A DNA stretch of 64,000 nt, taken from Lepidodermella squamata (taxonomy: Eukaryota; Animalia; Gastrotricha). This document shows, piece after piece, positions 1 through 12,555 of this stretch. A model generated the notes under the pieces. It did not search any database. It was not told the DNA's origin and worked only from the letters and a program-made list of their open reading frames with translations. Each line of letters begins with the position of its first letter. Position 1 is the stretch's first letter. The stretch is taken from assembly GCA_047495785.1 (NCBI GenBank), contig JBLDXI010000003.1, forward strand, positions 310,001-374,000, written 5' to 3'. The position numbers and the translations under genes were made by a program.

Positions 1-774
1 AGCACAGCTTTACGGCTAGCTATTAATTTCTTGCGAAGTTGCTGCAAATCAGCCTCGGTGCAATCCATGTCACGGCTGAACGAGCAAACTCGGCCCATGG
101 ATTCGAGGATCTCAATCGCACCAGCTGCATCGTAAATCTTCTGACCCTTGTATACGAATTGAACGATTTTCGGCAGCTGATTTTCCGCGTCCTTGACTAT
201 GGCTTCGACTGGCGTGTTGTTAAGGTGCTTTTCAATATCCGCCGTGAAATCGGCCAGCTGCCTTGCTAGAAATATCGATCTCTTCAACTTCTCTATATCA
301 ATGGCAATGCATTCACATTTTCAGTGGAATTTAACTGAGAATTTAAAGTCAACCTTTCCAGACTAATCTTATTTCGATATTCAACCTTTTCGCAGAGGTT
401 TTAAATTAAATTAAAAAACAATTAAAATAAATCAATATAAATTTGAATCGATCAAAATCAAAATCAAAAATAAATTTGAATCGAGAAAAGTTCCGAAAGC
501 AAACCTAAAAGCTAGGTATTTACACAATTTTGATGTTGGTTGAAATTACCGCGGTGAGTTTCGAAATTAATTCGTCGATTTTCGTGCACTTGGTAATTTG
601 CGGCGGCGTTTTGGCCTTCTTTTCTGCCAAGTTTTGCCGAGCCAATCCGTAATCCGTCAGCGGGTCAATGACGTGATTTTCAACAGGTTTTTGCATTAAT
701 TTTGAGGCATTAATTAGGCCGCATAAAAACAAGGTGAAACAAAATATGGCAAAGATTTCCACTCGCGATCGCAT
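1..774 (-). CDS. Secreted helical protein, paralog A (at least 2 exons, 3' end beyond window start)
   Basis: Exon 1 (774 to ~525) has a signal peptide MRSRVEIFAIFCFTLFLCGLINA. An open minus-strand frame from ~300 to 1 reads LARQLADFTADIEKHLNNTPVEAIVKDAENQLPKIVQFVYKGQKIYDAAG and aligns by eye with the paralog at 1386-2067. Exact acceptor is uncertain. Confidence 0.55.
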
Positions 775-1385
775 TTTAAAATACTGAAAACAGGATAAAA
801 ATTAAAAAATTCTGAAAAAATTGGATTTTATATTTTCCATGCGAAGCTGGGCTGATGATACTGGCACCATTATGTCGTTTTCTACAACGTCTATCGCTGT
901 TGTGTGGAATCAGGCGACGGAAGCTATGATTCTAACACGACTTGGATTCACGAATTTTTCCGCTTTTGAAAACGTTGCCCATCAAATTTGTTGATTGGAA
1001 ATAGTGAGATGAAAATTATCACTAAAATCAATTGAAATAATTGCTAGAATCTCGAGAAAGTTCGCGATAGAAATTAGATAAGGTAATAATAGGGCCAAAA
1101 CCTACCTGTATATTGAAACATTTTTAATTTTTCAACAGTCAACAATTTGTCCTGAAATGACTGGAAATGCTCCAATTTGAAACATTCGAGGCAAATTTTT
1201 TTGAAGATGACTATCTGGCCTAACGAAACGCTTGAATTTCAAAAATACTTCGCTTACTCTTTGTTCTCGTTTTTACTACAATAGGGTTTTACTCAGTGAT
1301 GAAAATTATGTGAAAACAGAGCCTGTAACAATATGAAAAGGTGTTCAATGGTTGTAATAATGTAAACAATCTTGTCATTCATCGA

Positions 1386-2067
1386 TTATGACCACTTATA
1401 TTCGTATCGAAAGTCGCGTTCTGCTCGGCCTTCGAAGAAAACTTTCTGGCTCTCCTTCAAATTGTCTCGCCGCTTCTCAATATCAGCCGCTACGCTGTCG
1501 GCCTTGCGGATTTTCGCCTGTTCATCGGTCACGGTCGACGTAGCCCGCCCGGCTGCCACGTCGTCGTACGCCTGTCTCGCGCCGCTGAATAGCGACTCCA
1601 GCTTGCCATGCTGATTCTTAGCGTCCTGGGCGATCGACTCAGCTGAGATGTTCTTCAGGTAGGCTCCGACGCGGTTGCCGAACTCAACCAGCTTGTCCAG
1701 CGATTCGCGCGAAAAAGTTGGAAACAGCTTTAAAATTTTTCAAAATTTTTTGATTTCAATTTTCATATCGAGAACTAAAATTTAGCGCGCCTCGTCCGAC
1801 ATTTGCGCCGCCGACTTTTCCTTGTTGGCGTGCTACTTGGCGGCGATCCACGCCCGCACCGGGTTGATGACCTTTTCCTTGAGCGGCTCCTCGATGTTGC
1901 GCGAGAGCCACGAGTCCAGCGACGCCAGGAAGCCGCGGCGTTGGCGCACCAGCACCGAGAACCGCCGCATTGTCGCCGTGGTCCTCAACGGCGGCTGATG
2001 CTGATCCGAATGCCGCCAGCATCACGGTGGAGCCAACGAGGCAAATCGCCAATTTTTCGAAATGCAT
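1386..2067 (-). pseudogene. Secreted helical protein, paralog B, apparently disabled
   Basis: Signal peptide MHFEKLAICLVGSTVMLAAFGSASA; frameshift near 1960 into VLVRQRRGFLASLDSWLSRNIEEPLKEKVINPVRAWIAAK; in-frame TAG at 1833-1835; exon 2 ...RESLDKLVEFGNRVGAYLKNISAESIAQDAKNQHGKL...YEYKWS* ends at 1386. Confidence 0.55.
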
Positions 2068-2249
2068 CGCAATGAGGAATTAACAATACGTTAAATCATT
2101 TTTCGAACCTTTCGAACTTACCTTTCGAACTGGTAGGCATACTCAACTAAAAAAAAAATTTCGTTAGCTCGCTTCAGTTCATACCACTTAGTCCCATCAT
2201 TAACAAACTCGTTTACCCATTTGGCTTTTAGCGTCGTCAGTGTCCAGTT

Positions 2250-2800
2250 TTGTGATCTAGCGCCTCGACAGGTCTTGAGCCACGATGTAACATATTTCTA
2301 TTTCGCGACATTGAAGTTCTCGGGCTCAGGGCCATTGATCCGGGTTATCAGAAAAGCTGAAATAAAAAACACCGCTGATTTTAACAAATTTGAAATATCC
2401 TACTGCAGTCGACATTTTGAAACAGGCGCTTTTTTCGTTACAAATCAGATTAATTACGGAAAATCCTCGCTCGCATTCTGCATTGCTAATGGGTATTATT
2501 GCCAACTTTTCGAACAGCATCGACAACGTTGGGCCGACTTTAGCTGCTGCACTGTCACCACCTAATCTCTCAGCCAAATCGTTCCAAAGGCAAAAAGCTG
2601 AGCTTAAATATGAATTATTGCCTTAAAACAGTGTGACTCGTTTGGAAAATTCGAGCAAATTCGCCGATATCGGAGCTTCCGTAAATCGACTAACCATCAT
2701 TTTTCGGGCAGTTTTCAGGTCTTTCGCAGCAAATCCCGGGCCTCCACGAGTGAAACCTATCATTAAAACCGATGAGCAGCTCGTTTAGGAATTTATCACT
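2250..2800 (-). mobile_element. Degenerate hAT transposase remnant (C-terminal dimerisation domain, ZNF862-like)
   Basis: IIPISNAECERGFSVINLI...FVKISG matches the hAT dimerisation motif; flanking frames are broken. Confidence 0.7.
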
Positions 2801-3181
2801 AGCTATGGCGAAAGCCTGGCGAATATATTTATTTATTTATTTATATTTAATGAGCATGATATCCAGGAAGGAAGCTCGATAGTGAAAAAAGAAAGTGCAG
2901 CCGCAGTAGAGTAGTCAGAGTGCCATGATAGTATCAGTTCCGTTTCAGGTTTCCGGTGAATTATTTTATGATTTTTTAATTATTAGATATAAGAAGTGTA
3001 ATTAATTATCGGGATCTTATCGGGATCTTATCGGGATATCTTTGAACTGCTGCGAAGTCGTGATGAAGAGCCGAGAGTTGCTCACCATCCTCAGTTTTGA
3101 ATAAGGCGAGAACCGAGGATATTTAATTCGATTCGAATTATCGATTTTACAAATCTAAACTGATATTTTCCTCTGACTTAG

Positions 3182-3850
3182 GCATAAAAAAACGGCGAAA
3201 CGGCGCAAGCAGGTCATCACCGCCTCACAGCACATCGCCAGCATCCGGCCGCTGCGTCTGCAAGGGCCGCGTCACCATAACAGCCACATCAGTCTCGCCT
3301 CTGAAATCGACGGGAACCCGCGACGATGACGCGACGTCGGCGCATCACCGCGGCGCAGCGACGTGCCACGTGACGCAGTTCTACTACCAGTCCGCCTCGC
3401 TGTCGGAATGCCTCGGCTGCGCGAGTCGGCTGGATGTTAATGAATTTTTTTATTTTGAAATGTAAAAATTTAAATTTTGATTAATTCTGGTTCCGAAAAA
3501 AATCTATAGAGAAGATCTAAGGGCGGTGTGGAATCTTAAAAAATTTCAAATGAAAAAATCAACATGGCTTCAATTGAAATTAAATTAAATTTTCAATTGT
3601 TGGTAAATAATTCAAACATTCAAAAATGAATCGGAGATTATCGGAAGAATTCGAAAATTAAACTGAAAATTGATTTTTTGCAAATTCATTCAAAATTTCA
3701 AATAAATCCAATTTGTTATCGGATGTTTTTTATTTGGTTTTGCTCTAGATGGCGACGCCAATCCACGACCAGACGTGGTACCTGGGCGACGCGATGCTCG
3801 CCGAGCTTGCGCAACCGCCTTTCAACGTCGCCTTCGACTCCCGCTTCAAG
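3182..3850 (+). pseudogene. Orphan GC-rich exon fragments of an unknown protein
   Basis: Two GC-rich islands bounded by AG/GT sites (...TCHVTQFYYQSASLSECLGCASRLD; MATPIHDQTWYLGDAMLAELAQPPFNVAFDSRFK at 3749-3850). No consistent full ORF. Confidence 0.3.
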
Positions 3851-4100
3851 GTGAAAAAATGAGAAAATAATCGTGCGCAGAACATTGAATAGAATATAGT
3901 TTTTTTTTCTGGAAAAATTTAACGATTTTGCGTTAGGTATCAATGTTAGAGAAAAATTGTTCTCCGGAAATTGAACGGAAATTGAACGTAAAGTCAACGC
4001 TCAATCAGCGGATAAATGCTTGAAATGCAGAACAAGACAGCGAGTATAATTATTCCGGAAACAACAAAACTGTGAATTTTATTAATATTACTTATCATTA

Positions 4101-4466
4101 CAGCGTGTCCCATAAATAACGCAAGCAAAGAAACTCTAAAATGAGAGACCAATTCGCATCTAACGGCCAGAAAATATTTAGAAATATTCAAAAATCACGA
4201 CAAAATGGTAATCAAGTATGCCAGTTGTTAAAAGAATTAAAAAAGTCCGGAGACATTTTGTCCAACGGGGTAAAATACCGAAAATTACCGAACCAGTTAC
4301 CTTTGGGATTTTCCCGGTTTTCTCCGGTAAATTTTATATTTCTTCGGCTGAATCGCAGATTAAAGTCGGACTATACTCTCAGTAGCGTGAATTTGAATAA
4401 ATTATTTGATTCCCTATAAAAAATTCCCAAATTAATAAATAGTCGCGCAATTTTTGGGACACGCTG
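4101..4466. mobile_element. Tc1/mariner-type MITE
   Basis: TIR CAGCGTGTCCCA...TGGGACACGCTG with TA on both sides; internal sequence recurs near 9060-9240 and 47090-47150. Confidence 0.75.
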
Positions 4467-5199
4467 TATGTCTGTATTTATGACAATTTTATGATTTAAA
4501 TTGGATAATCCGCACGATGATGGCGCTTGTTTTATCAGTCAATTTTATCAGTCGATTTTAATTTGCTGCAAACAATTAAAGGTTTTAATGTTACCTATTA
4601 ATTTATGAACTGAATCGTTTCTGTTTCATCCTGCTTTGGCTATAACTTTCAGTCTGTCGAGTTTTATTTCCTATATGAAAATCGAAATGAAAATCGATCA
4701 TGTCACTTTTCAAATTTTAATTCGTAAATCCTCCCCTCAAATATTTCTCGCAATAACAATCCGCTTGATGTGAATGTTTTTGTTTAACGAGCAGCAGCCG
4801 AATTAATTATCGAATCGGCCTCGAAACTGAAGAGCGCGGTCAGCTAATTCAACAATTATCTGCAATAATTTGTGCAAATAATTTCCGATTTGTTTCCACG
4901 TGCTCGAAATGGCTGAAAGTGGCGTTCTCGCAATCTTGATGGCTTCAAGCTTAGTTCCGCCGTTTAGAACTACGTAAATAACTTGCTATAATCAACTGAG
5001 AATCGGTGAGATGCGAAAATTCGAACGAAGAAATTATTTAGGCCCTGTTTGGAATTGAGCCAACAGCCGGTGTCGATCGCAGATGTTTTGATAAATTCAA
5101 ACTCATCGTTATTTAAAAAATAACAGCGATTTATTTTCTCTGCGGAAACTTATTTCTGTGACTGTGAAATACATGAATTGAATGCAAGCTAATTCAGTT

Positions 5200-8100
5200 T
5201 CACTTAGTTATCGCCTCCGTCAGGATTTCGATAATTTGTCGCTGTTCATTAGAATTCTTCATAGATGAATCAAAAGCCTGATCCAGTGCAGTTTGTCCCT
5301 CCTTGTTCTTCAGGTTTGCTTTGGCTTTGAATTTATTCACAAGAAGATCAACAGCAGCAGGATTTGTCCGATAGGCAGCTAACATCAGTGGTGTATCGCC
5401 ATCCTTAGCTGCCGCGTTGACGTCGGCTTTGAACTTGCCCGCCAGCAGTTCCACGACGTCAGCTTTGCCATTCAAGGCGGCCCTGTGCAATGGCGTCCAG
5501 CCATTCTTAGCTGCCGCGTTGACGTCGGCTTTGAACTTGCCCGCCAGCAGTTCCACGATGTCAGCTTTGCCATTCCAGGCGGCCACGTACAATGGCGTGT
5601 AGCCATACTCACCTGCCGCGTTGACGTCGGCTTTGAACTTGCCCGCCAGCACTTCCACGACGTCAGCTTTGCCATTCGAGGCGGCCACGTACAATGGCGT
5701 CTTGCCATACTCATCTGCCGCGTTGACGTCGGCTTTGAACTTGCCCGCCAGCAGTTCCACGACGTCAGCTTTGCCATCCAAGGCGGCCACGTGCAATGGC
5801 GTCCAGCCATCCTTATCTGCCGCGTTGACGTCGGCCTTGAACTTGCCCGCCAGCAGTTCCACGACGTCAGCTTTGCCATTCAAGGCGGCCACGTACAATG
5901 GCGTCTTGCCATACCTATTTGCCGCGTTGACGTCGGCTTTGAACTTGCCCGCCAGCAGTTGCACGACGTCAGCTTTGCCATCCAAGGCGGCCACGTGCAA
6001 TGGCGTCCAGCCATCCTTATCTGCCGCGTTGACGTCGGCCTTGAACTTGCCCGCCAGCAGTTCCACGACGTCAGCTTTGCCATAAAAGGCGGCCCTGTGC
6101 AATGGCGTCTCGCCATTCGTAGCTGCCGCGTTGACGTCGGCTTTGAACTTGCCCGCCAGCAGTTCAACAATTTCAACATGGCCTTTTTCTGCTGCAGCGT
6201 GGAGTGCAGTTGCTCCATACAAATCGAATAACTTAGTTTCATAAAATTTGCCGTTGACATCCAGTTCCAATCTGTCCTTGTATTGCAGCAGCTGCGACAT
6301 TCTGGCTGCATCATTTTCAACTGAACATCGCACGAATTCCTTTTTCAGTAATCACACCGAAAAATTAATATCAATATCAATGTTTTGATTGGAAAAGGAG
6401 CAACCTTGATAGCTTCCTCTTTGTTTTTCGGGAGATCAACCGCCTAAATTATTTGGAAATAATTCAAAAATGAAGAACCTGATAGCCAATGAAAACTCTA
6501 CCGGGCTCACAGCTTTCTGCGCGACTTTCTCTTGCGATTTTGACGCCGACGATTCCTGTGTCCCTTTGTTCGGCTTGTCTGGTTGAGGAGTGACCGGCTG
6601 TTTCGGTTGTTGTTGTTGCCTTTCGTCAACGATATCGCGGCGTAGAAATGCGTGACTCAGTGCTTGATCAATGGTCGGCCGGCTGCTGCTCTCCTTTTGC
6701 AACAGCGACATGATGAAGTCGCGGCACTCGGCCGAGTAGCCTCGAGAATTGTCAAATGGCCGCGGCGGTTTTCTGGTAGGAAAAACGGCATAACGTATTG
6801 AAAATGAGCTTTGAAATGGCTTCAAATTGAAACGTTCATTCGAAGTGATATTTCTTTTGTAAGGCTACCCACATCTTTTCCCAGAGCAATTTTCCAATCT
6901 ATTTTTAGCATAAACTTGTTGATAATTGAATGATGGCCAATATTTTTCGCGCCTTCTTCTTATACCACTTCTTCGGTAATGATAGTAATGATGAATGGAT
7001 TTTATTGCTTTCGTAGCAAAAAATACGGCACTTTGGGCCGATGTCGCAAAAAATGTAGTTTAGCACTGAATTATTTCGATTTTCATAGTCGAGAAAGGCA
7101 CAATTTTATACCGCAATATTCGCAACCACCGCGAAAACGCGATAGCAAACGGATTTTTTGTAAAAATTTGAGGTCTTGAAATTGGCGATTTAATGGCGAT
7201 TTGAGACGATTTTTAAAATTCCCAAAGTACTGCAATTTTGAAGTTTTGAAAATCAGCCTTGAAATAATGCCATTTCGAGCTATTAGAACAATTAGACTTT
7301 TTTACGTTATCTTTTTCCTTTGAGGCAGAAAAAGACGAAGAATTGAGTTTTCATTTTTTTGATGCCATTTATTTTATTTGTATGCCGTAATTGTATGCTA
7401 CAAAAGCAATAAAATCCATTCATTGTTATCATTCCTAAACAAGCGGAAGACGACGACGTGGAAAAAATAATGACCACATCAATAAGTTCGTGCTAAAAAT
7501 AGATTGGCAAAGCCAAATGCCGTGCCGTGGCAAATTGCTCTGAGAAAAGGTGAATCTAAAATAATTTTAATGACATCATCAGCCCCAGCACCCATTAAAG
7601 CACCCAATTTAAGGACTAGATCGATGCACTTCGATTTATTCAAAAATGTAACGATTTTTTCATCAACATTTTCTAATTTGCTATATTCTATGAATTTATT
7701 TGGAAAATTATAACTGATTTTTTTAACAATTTCGAAAAGCTGCTAATTGAAAGTGAAATGGTCGGAAAAGACTTGACGGCTAGTCAAAATAGATCTCCAA
7801 TCAAGAGCTGATTTTACTCAAGCCTTTTACGCTACCTTAGGCCACCAATGCAGCCACCTACACGTGGTGTTCATCCAGCTCAGCGAATTTTCCAATAATT
7901 TAATTATAGCTATTCAAAAAATACGTGGTCAGACTTTTCAGCAGTGACATTTCAGTAAATGAGGGTAAAATGAGCAGTGACTTTTCATCAGAGACACCTT
8001 GTCAGTAAATATGCATAAAGATCTTATTTTTGTATTAATTTAAATAATTCTTGTAGAAAAGTGAGCAGTGACATTTCAGCAGCGACAAAATATCAGTGAC

Positions 8101-10898
8101 TATTGAGCAAGTGACACTTCATCAATTTTTATTTATTAATCTCGGGCACTTCTTGAGCTCAACTTCAATGTAGCGCATAGTCCATCTGCTGAATACTGCT
8201 AAAATCTCCTGATGGAATGTCTCCGCTGAAATGTCACTGCGCAAATGTCACCGAGATGGAGATAATAAATTGAGGATAAATTATCAAAAATCACTGCTGA
8301 CTTGTCACTGATGATTTGTCACTGCGCAAATGTCGCAGCTCAACTGTCACTGCTTATTTGTCACTGGTGAAAAGTCACTGCTCATTTGACCCTAATTTGC
8401 TGAAATGTCACTGCTGAAAAGTCGTACAACACAAAAAATAATGTCGCAAGAATCACTTAAGAATCACTCGATAAATAAATTAGATATATATTAGATACTA
8501 AATTAAATTATTAATTAGAATTATAAATTAGATAGATAAATTAAGAATAAATTCATAATTTATGCCGCTAGCATTTTAGCTATACCGAGTAGTAGCAGAC
8601 TTGCATTGAATTCGTACTCTTTGGCCAACAAATAAGATCGTGTTTTCTAAATTCTCAGATCAATCACTTGTAACTAAACCTATTATGGTACTTTTTCGCG
8701 CGGCATTTAAGATGATTGATACCCAAAATTTACGAAATCACTCCTGAATTTTAAAAAATCAAGACGAGATCGTTAAAATCCAGGTAAAATTCTTATTTTA
8801 ATATTTTTTATCAATTTGATCTCAACTTTGACCAGCGGGTATCAAAACCGTGATCAGGACCTTTGAAACCCCCTATTAGAAATGCTGTCAAATAGTGCTC
8901 TCGCGCAGATAAAAAATCCGCCATGAATGGGAAAAAATCAGCAGAAAATCACATTCAAGGAAACTGCAAAATCAATGTAGAAAATTGAACTAATTTTAAA
9001 AAATTAAACGGACAATTTTAAAAAATATTCTATATATATAACCCGCGATTCAACCAAAGAAATTAACAATTTACCAGAGAAAACTCGGAAAACCCAGCAA
9101 CTGGTTCGGTAATTTTCGGTATGTTACCTGACTGGACCGAATTTCAGCAGTATTTTTTATTCGACCCGCAAGTGACATACTTGATTACTAATCTCGTTAT
9201 TTTTTTAATTTTTCGAAACATTTTCAATTGTTGATCAGCGTTAAGCTCTTACGAGTGACGCACGAAACGACATGCCACCCGTGAAGATACTGCAAGATAC
9301 TGAAGTTGAAACTGAAATTTTCGCATCGAGATCAAGATAGTTATTGCCCAATATTGCGGTGTGTAATTTTTTCCTCAAATATGTAGGATATCGGTACATC
9401 TTTGCTTTCACATTTTTCAGATCCGATATTAGCCGTAGCTGGGGCTAGGCATGAATTTTCCTAACTAAAGTCAACTCTCCATCACAATGAGGCTTAAGTT
9501 GACTCGGCGACAATTGTCAAAGACTTGGCAAAGTCATTTCAAGCCACCGTCTCGTCGCCCAATTACGTCAACAGCTAATTTTTGTATCGCGTGGCTTCAG
9601 TTCTTGACCCTGGATTGCCCCAGATTCCGGATTCTGATTCCGAAAAGTATTAATTTGCAATGTAGCGCGACATCGAAGAAACGACGCGCTCAGGCTCAAC
9701 TTTTAGTAATTATTATGGAGTGGCGAGATGGATGACATTTTGATTGTAAATAACTGGCTGTAATCGTATGACTTACGACAGAATGTTCGGAATAACCAAC
9801 AGCTGATTTCCTCCTCCGTTAAACTGAAACAGAATCAGCATTGAAAATACTATGTTAGGCATCTCTTCCAATTGGCTTTACCGGCTTGGCGAAATTGGCC
9901 AATTCATAAAGAGTTACTCCAAATGACCACATGTCGCATGGACGCTGGTAGTCATGATTTAAGATGTAATCCGGCGCTGCGTAATCCCAAGATGCGACAC
10001 CGAGTGTGGACATGTTTGTCGCAACCCTGGGCAGAAAAATAAGGTCAATATTCCCACCGGTCGCTCATACGATCCTCCCCGGCTCGTTCAATTGTTCCAA
10101 ACTATCTAATTAATCCCTCAACCTTTCTTTGCAATGCAACAGAAACCTGTATACACTACGAGTTGTCAAGCCGTGGGAGGGTCGAGTGAGCTTCACTTGG
10201 TAATAATTTTCAAAACTGAGATTCATTACGTACTCATTCAAGTTTTTGGCGATGCCAAAATCGCCGAGTTTAACCGATCGTCCACCGTGGCTTAAAAATA
10301 TGTTTTTGGGCTTGATATCCCGGTGGACGATGCCTTTGTTGTGCAGGAACTTCAGCGCCGACGCTAGCTGTCTAGCCCAGGATTGCAGCTGCACCTCGCT
10401 GATCTTTTCGTACCCTGTTCCGATTCGACTATCCAAGTCGCCATCCTCACAGTGCTCCATTACCAAGTAGTACATCTGACAGCCCTGTTTGAAGCTATCG
10501 TCACCACTGTACGGCTCTAATTCATCACAAAATAACCATGTCTAATCACCAAATGGCAAGCGAAGAAGGATTCCTCACCCTCGAATGCACCAAATACACA
10601 GACAATGTTAGGATGACGCAGTTTTTCTAATTTTGAGTGCTGCACGCAACAAAGAATCTCAACTTCAACTTCCCTCAGTCAATCGACATTTTACCTCGTC
10701 GCGGCTGATTTTGACTAGTTTCCTGGCTTGCCCCTCATCTTTGCAACTCCGTTCCAACTGAGTGAGGTTAACTTCCTTGACAACATAGTTCTCATATGTT
10801 GCCCCAATTCGGCACAGGTACACCGTGCCAAAGCCGCCACGGCCTAAGACTGTCCACGTATTGAAATCGCGGGCTGATTTGAACATTTCTTGATCCAT
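5200..10898 (-). CDS. NEK-like Ser/Thr kinase fused to C-terminal ankyrin repeats (about 8 exons, ~3-kb intron at ~6777-9775)
   Basis: Spliced motifs GRGGFG, YVVKEV, LRHPNIV, HRDIKPKN, KLGDFG, YAAPD, DMWSFG, RPTIDQALSHAFL, then a linker and 9-10 ANK repeats; GT-AG junctions keep frame. Confidence 0.85.
5401..6216 (-). repeat. Coding tandem repeat, 8 x 102 bp (34-aa ankyrin units)
   Basis: Near-invariant GKADVVELLAGKFKADVNAA framework, nearly identical at DNA level. Confidence 0.95.
7924..8431. mobile_element. Non-autonomous Mutator-like element inside the kinase intron
   Basis: ~55-bp TIRs (GACTTTTCAGCAGTGACATTTCAG...), many subterminal CAGTGAC repeats, 9-bp TSD CAAAAAATA at 7915-7923 and 8432-8440. 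Confidence 0.8.
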
Positions 10899-11002
10899 TG
10901 CGTATCTGCTTGAAAACCTGTGAGTATTAGACAAAAACTGCCCGAAATGAAAATGGATTTTTATGATAACGTGTCGCTTCGCAGGTTGGCAACCTGCATG
11001 GG

Positions 11003-11299
11003 CACAAAGATAACAAAATATTCGAGCTGGAAGGAAATATATCAAAAGCATATAAAACCTAGTCGCCGAACACCCACGCCCAAGTAGCTGTTGGCTTTAG
11101 AGCTCGTTTCACTTGATAACATCAAATCACATTGACTAGTGTTCTCTCACATAAGCTCTTCAATATCTAAGGAAATTTGATGTTATCAACTGAAACGAGC
11201 TCTAAAGCCAACAGCTACTTGGGCGTGGGTGTTCGGCGACTAGGTTTTATATGCTTTTGATATATTTCCTTCCAGCTCGAATATTTTGTCATCTTTGTG
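11003..11299. repeat. Near-perfect inverted repeat (arms ~125 bp, spacer ~47 bp) upstream of the kinase ATG
   Basis: 11003-11127 is the reverse complement of 11175-11299 with ~2 mismatches. Confidence 0.9.
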
Positions 11300-11751
11300 G
11301 AAGAAAATCAAGTTTCAGATAACTTGAATGATAAAACTGCCGAATAAGTCGAACAATAGCTGACGCGGAGAGCGAAGTAATGGGAGGATTGCAGTGATCG
11401 TCGAGGGTTGATTGAGCATATTGAGGTGAAGGATGCTGTAAGTCGTTACCACAGTGCTGATATATGGCTCATGTGCTTTAAGTTAGTATCATTAATCATT
11501 GCCGAGTGCCAAGAAATTGTCGCGAAGTTTTGAGCATGTTTAGCACATTTTCAGAGCAAACGTGACGAAAATGCCGTTAGATAAAGTTTCCTTTTCTCAC
11601 AAAAGTGGTTAAATGAATTCATAGAAGCATACATCGTTATTGCCGCGCAATATGTGCGATTTCGGGCCTAGTGAATTTCATTTAGGGTAAGGTTACTTAA
11701 ATCTGCATACAAATTTTCCACTTTTTTCAAACACTTGTAATTCCATAAACA

Positions 11752-12009
11752 TGAGGTTCTCCGTGCTCATATTTTGACCATAAGCAGTCAGAACCCATTT
11801 CAGTAAGCTCACATAATCTCAGTTTAGGTTCAGAAGTGAAGCTTTTATGCAGATTAATGGCACCCTCGAGCGATTTCAAATTCTTGCCTTTTTTATACTT
11901 TCAGCAACGATGGCTCCGTAACGGTGAGGAATTGGCTCATGAGATTTTGTGAGCTTATTGAAATGAGTTCTGACTGTTTATGGTCAAAATATGAGCCCGG
12001 AGAACCGCA
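11752..12009. mobile_element. Palindromic MITE-like element
   Basis: Imperfect ~70-bp inverted arms TGAGGTTCTCCGTGCTCATATTTTGACCATAA.../...TTATGGTCAAAATATGAGCCCGGAGAACCGCA. Confidence 0.65.
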
Positions 12010-12555
12010 AAATACATAAACCTGGACCTCATAAAAACCCCAACTTTCGCCTTTCTTCCCACATGCTGGACTCGAAAGTGGAGACAATCACAGACTATAG
12101 AACATGAACATACCAACACATGAAAAGCTTCAAGAAAATGTACAAAATCGCATGAGAGGCCTCAACAATTGAGACCGTCCTAGAAATATCAACGACATAC
12201 TTTTGTAAATACGTTTGCGTTCATTTAGTGACAGCCATGCCGTCGCATGGGTACGATTCTTGATATAAAAAACCCGGACCTATAGATATGTACTTAGCGC
12301 TAACTTTATTCGTGAAAGACGTTCACCAATTGATTTTACGTAATGGAGCATAATAAACGCTTACAATAAACTATCTTTTATTCAACATTTATAATTCGAA
12401 CAACGAAATGGCATCACGATCGCGGACTTCCTCATAATATTATTCAACTCTCGGCTTTCGGCTACATTTGAAGTCTTGCTTAATAAATGCAAGGCATTTT
12501 CTTGATTCTATTCAACTGCGGTTTTCAAATATCTTGAAGCCGATTTAAAATGTTG

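Noticed and set aside
1705-1790. Apparent non-canonical intron flanked by GCGCG repeats
   Set aside because: An in-frame AG acceptor exists (TTTTAAAG|CTGTTT); a GC or mutated donor explains it.
3008-3040. Short tandem repeats (TATCGGGATCT x3; also ~33867-33915 and ~42990-43018)
   Set aside because: Ordinary slippage duplications with no functional indication.
5401-6216. Regular repeats with variable segments resembling a CRISPR array; several long overlapping ORFs
   Set aside because: Period is 102 bp = 34 codons of an ankyrin CDS; overlapping ORFs are frame and antisense shadows; eukaryotic context, no cas genes.
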